A stretch of DNA of 64,000 bases from the human T2T-CHM13v2.0 reference genome, Homo sapiens. Position 1 is the stretch's first letter. Each line of letters opens with the position of its first letter. Below, in pieces: positions 48,121-64,000 of this stretch. The stretch lies in NCBI RefSeq assembly GCF_009914755.1, contig NC_060941.1. One strand, written 5' to 3'. Both the position numbers and the translations under genes were made by a program. The notes beneath the pieces were generated by a model. The model was given only the letters and a program-made list of their open reading frames with translations, was not told the DNA's origin and searched no databases.

Positions 48121-48509
48121 ATTGTCAGTACTATTATTTCTCTGCTTCCTTGAGAGCAGGGGCCATGTCTCCTGTCTCTCTGTATCCTTTGCAGCTAGGT
48201 GGGGCCTCTGCAGAGTAGCTGCTTAAAGTCATTTTGTTCAATGTTGGCTGAGAGAGGGGAGCGTTCCTGTTAGCCTTCTGGAGGTGTCAAGGCCAGTGCC
48301 TGCCAGTACTGTGGGATATTCCTGGAAAGATTCAGGTGCTAAGACTCTGAGTTCCTGGGGTCATGAGGACCCTAGCGAAGCTGTTCATTTGCCCCAAACT
48401 TCCTGAGCCTTATGAACATGCAACCTACAACCAGAACGGCCTACCTAATTTGCAGAGCCCAGTGCAAAATGGAAATGCGGGAACTCCTGTTCAAAAATTA
48501 CTAAGAATT

Positions 48510-51628
<3,119 letters not shown>

Positions 51629-52049
51629 GATTTGAAAAAAGTTCATTCAAAAAAGTAAAAGAGGAAAGAGTTCAACTATTTTTGAAAACAGATGAGTGAC
51701 GAGGAGACAGAAAGGCAGAAACCAACATATGCACACACACAGAAGAAGAAATACTTGGGAAAAAGAGGCCCTGTGCTTGGAGTCCAGCCTCCCTTCACAC
51801 ACTGAGACTTGGCCTGTCCTTATCTTTCTGCTGCCTAGGAGGCCACATGGCAGCCTACAGAGACATGATCCAGACTGCCCTCGTTTGGCAAATTCCCAGG
51901 CTCCCGAATTGCCTCCTCTTCTCCCTGAATATCACCCTCTCCACAACCTACCCAAATTCCCATTTCCTCAGGGCTGTCTTAGCATCTGACCCAAACAAAA
52001 AGCCTGCTGGCATTCTTTAAAAAGTTGTCAGTTCTTTCAGTTCTGCCAA

Positions 52050-58265
<6,216 letters not shown>

Positions 58266-58289
58266 CACAAAATCTTTCTCATAGATTGA

Positions 58290-58960
<671 letters not shown>

Positions 58961-59291
58961 GGTATTCCTTACTTAAAAAAATTTCTTTAAAAAAGGTGAG
59001 ATGTGAGAGAGAATGAGAGGAGGAGGAAAAAGACGAAGGGAGGGGAAAAAAGAAAGGGGGGCAGTCAAAGGCGAGCCCCCACCCACATACAGAGAGAGGT
59101 GAACATATCCTGCTTTAGCGGAGGGACCCCACCTCGCGATCTCAGGGCCCTTCGGATGCCTCCACCCAACACCAGAAACCTTCTTGTCACATTCTTACAA
59201 CCAAAGGGTGCCCAGAGCCTGCCCTCTTGTTGCCGGGGGCAGCTCCCTGCAGAATCCCGGGCCCCACCCACGCGGCGTGCCCTGCACTCAC

Positions 59292-59444
59292 CACAACAAC
59301 CATGTCCCAGAGCTCCTTCAGTAGGCGGACCTCCCGGTGGCAGGCCTTGAGCTGCTTGTAGTCTGGGACGGGGACCTCGAACAGGCCCCCGGACTTGGAC
59401 AGCGCCTCCATGATGCCTTCCATGGCGGAGATGCTCTTTTGTTG
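59292..59444 (-). CDS. DNAH17: DNAH17 exon (QQKSISAMEG...LWDMVVV)
   Basis: cccctag acceptor, GTG|gtgagt donor, 153 nt. Confidence 0.88.
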
Positions 59445-60933
59445 CTAGGGGCGGCGAGGGGGCCGTCAGTAGGGCTACCTACCCTCAGCGGTGCCCCACC
59501 CCACTCCCCGACGTTCTGCCCGTCTCTCCAGTGTGCCCTCCCTGATAAACCTTCTGGGAGGAGGTGTCCATACAACGGTGTCCCACCCGGAGGGAGGACA
59601 GAGCCCTCCATCCCCCAAGGCCTCCTGGGTCCTGCCTGCAGGGGAGGGCGGGTGACCTCTACCCACACCAGCGTGGGGACTGACTCCCAATGGGCATGGT
59701 AAATGCCTCATTTCCTCCTGAGAGTTTCTGATTTCCCAGCATTTCTTCAACTTTCATATTATATTTTTATCTTATTAAAAATGACTTAAGTAATGCTTTG
59801 AAAATGAGATAATTCAGATAAGCAAAGAGGAAAAATCCGTAGTGTCCTCTCAAATCCCATGACTAAGAGTTGGCCGTCGTAGCACCTGGTGATAGTGGGT
59901 GTGTTTGCGTGGACACGTAACAGGCAGGCTGTGGCAAAGGTGGGCTCGGAGCGTGTGCACACACATGGACACGCAGGGACTGCCTGCTCTGGTCACCAGC
60001 TGGAGCTCCACAGCTCCCCTTGGATGGGCATGGGGCACCCCTCACCCCAAATCTTTCCAGAAAATCCAGCCCGGGGCCCTAGGGAGAGAATGGCTGCATC
60101 TCCATCGTGGCTTGAGGAATGCGACATGAGGAAACGGCCATGAGGAAAGGTCGGATTGGAGCTGGAGGCCAAAGAGCCGAAGCTCAGGGAGGGGAAGAGT
60201 GAGGCAACCCTGAGGACCCTGGGGTTCACATTTGCTAGAGCCTGTGAGGCGGAGGTGCAGGTGGGGCCGACCCAGCAGTACCTGGGCACCGTACTGGGAG
60301 CAAAGAGGAACTGACAAGGGCCCCACTGGGCCCCAAGAGGCCCCCCTGGGCCCTGAGCACCCCACATGCTCCTGCCCACAAGGGCCTTTTGGGCCTGAGC
60401 TTGAGTGGGCTGCCAGGTCCAGGGCTGTGTGAATTTGTGCACTGGACGTGACCATGAACTTGGACAGTGGGAACAGAGTGGGAACACGAGTGAAGCCTGG
60501 CTGCTGCCCGATGTGGTGGGTCAGGAGAGGCAGGAGGCAGGGAGAGATGGCAGGTGAGTATTAAGCCCAGGGGACAGGAAGCTGCTGAATGTGAACAGAG
60601 TGGAGATTAGGGGGCGGAGTCAGGCTAAGGGACTATGGGTCACACAGGGTGTTAAGGGGCCTGAGCCGTGGGCCTGGAGCCATGCTCTGAGCTGCGAGAC
60701 ACAGAGGGGACACCATGTGGTCTGGGGGGCTGCTCGGTTTGCATGTTCACGTACACACCCATGCATGTGCTCGCACACGTATGTGCATGCATACACATAA
60801 GAGCACTCGTGCACGGCCCCAAGGTCAGTCCGGCGGAGACCACGTTTCTGGACTTGAAAGGATAACTACTTGAGAAAAGAAAGCAGTGGGGTTCCCAGAC
60901 TTACCCCCTGATCTCACCCTTGAGCAAAAATAC

Positions 60934-61020
60934 CTTATTCAGGGACTTGTAGGGGTTGGGGTCGCTGAAGGAGAACGGGGCCTCGCGCCTGAACCTCTCC
61001 CTGAACTCATGTTGCTTGAG
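60934..61020 (-). CDS. DNAH17: DNAH17 exon (LKQHEF...PYKSLNK)
   Basis: ctcgcag acceptor, AAG|gtattt donor, 87 nt; alternative donors lie nearby. Confidence 0.85.
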
Positions 61021-61162
61021 CTGCGAGAGAAGAGTGCAAAGTACAGAGAGTCACGGGGCGGCCACCTGCCCCAAGGGTGGCCCCACCCTGTATGCCGCAG
61101 GGCCCTGGGTGAGCCCCACGCTGCTCCCCGGAAATCCCGCCACCCTGCCCCAGGTATAATAC

Positions 61163-61279
61163 CTCGAATTGCTGGCATTTCCGCCGCAGGATGCTGACCT
61201 CGTTGGCCTGGAGTGGTGCCACGGTCAGCTTCACCTGAATGGCCAGTTTCTTGGTATTTGCCCAGTGCTCCGGCAGCTC
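61163..61279 (-). CDS. DNAH17: DNAH17 exon (ELPEHW...RKCQQFE)
   Basis: cccgcag acceptor, GAG|gtatta donor, 117 nt. Confidence 0.9.
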
Positions 61280-61384
61280 CTGCGGGAAGCAAAGGCAGAG
61301 GAGGGCTCCTTTCTCATTTCTTTTCTTAAACCTTCTATTGTGAAATAATTAGAGACTGGTAAGAAGCTGCAAAAACAGTGCAGG

Positions 61385-63500
<2,116 letters not shown>

Positions 63501-63755
63501 ATGAAGACATTTTTAATCCAACAAAACACCAATGGAACGGAGGGAGCACTGGCCTCACCGTGGAGGCAGTCCCCAGGGTCTCCTGTCCCCCAGAAACCTC
63601 CTCCCTGCACCTCCCTGTTCCATGGGGATCTGATGTCCAGAGAGGATCTAGCCCACAGCATCCCCCATGGTTGCGTGTGATGGGCTGGTCCATGGTCGCG
63701 GCCGGGATGGCTCTCCCTGCTCACCTGGACGCAGCCACACCCACCCACCACGTAC

Positions 63756-63978
63756 CTGCAGCTTCAGGTGGATCTCCTCTGGCATCTCCTCCCCGTAGGT
63801 CTTGAGCAGCTCGATGGTTTGCTTCAGGGGCTCAAACATGTTGTCGGTGGCTGCTTGCCTCTCCTTGACTTTCATCAGGTGCCCCATCACCTCCACAAGC
63901 CCATCATAGTCCCCCTCCTTGAGGGGCTTGGTCAAGCCCATTCTGGCGACTTTCATGAAGGCTTCCAGGTCAGCCAGG
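63756..63978 (-). CDS. DNAH17: DNAH17 exon (LADLEAFMKV...EEIHLKLQ), tail
   Basis: cccttag acceptor, CAG|gtacgt donor, 223 nt. Confidence 0.9.
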
Positions 63979-64000
63979 CTAAGGGACAAGGGGACCATTT

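Noticed and set aside
60735-60815. Alternating purine-pyrimidine (CA/TG-rich) tract with possible Z-DNA potential
   Set aside because: Interrupted, low-complexity and common in human introns.

Overview
Hominoid (most likely human) genomic DNA lying wholly inside the axonemal dynein heavy chain gene DNAH17, which runs on the minus strand. I traced 35 consecutive coding exons by hand (63978 down to 1134). Together they give 5,656 nt (about 1,885 codons), and every splice phase is compatible. They encode the end of the tail, the linker and motor modules AAA1-AAA4; both gene ends lie outside the window. The introns hold dozens of Alus, the 3' part of a young SVA, old L1/L2/LTR/DNA-transposon fragments, a RANBP1 processed pseudogene nested in an old L1, and four tandem repeats. 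I see no evidence of a new multi-gene system. The best leads are: (1) clustered A-to-G changes with an ADAR-like context in the SVA; (2) the RANBP1 retrocopy with its TSD; (3) a TTAGGG/G-quadruplex minisatellite; (4) a CpG-rich VNTR carrying an E-box and an XRE core in each unit; (5) a GC-AG intron; (6) a GC-box cluster that may be an intragenic antisense promoter. Repeat family names and consensus comparisons are from memory, not from a search, and repeat boundaries are approximate.
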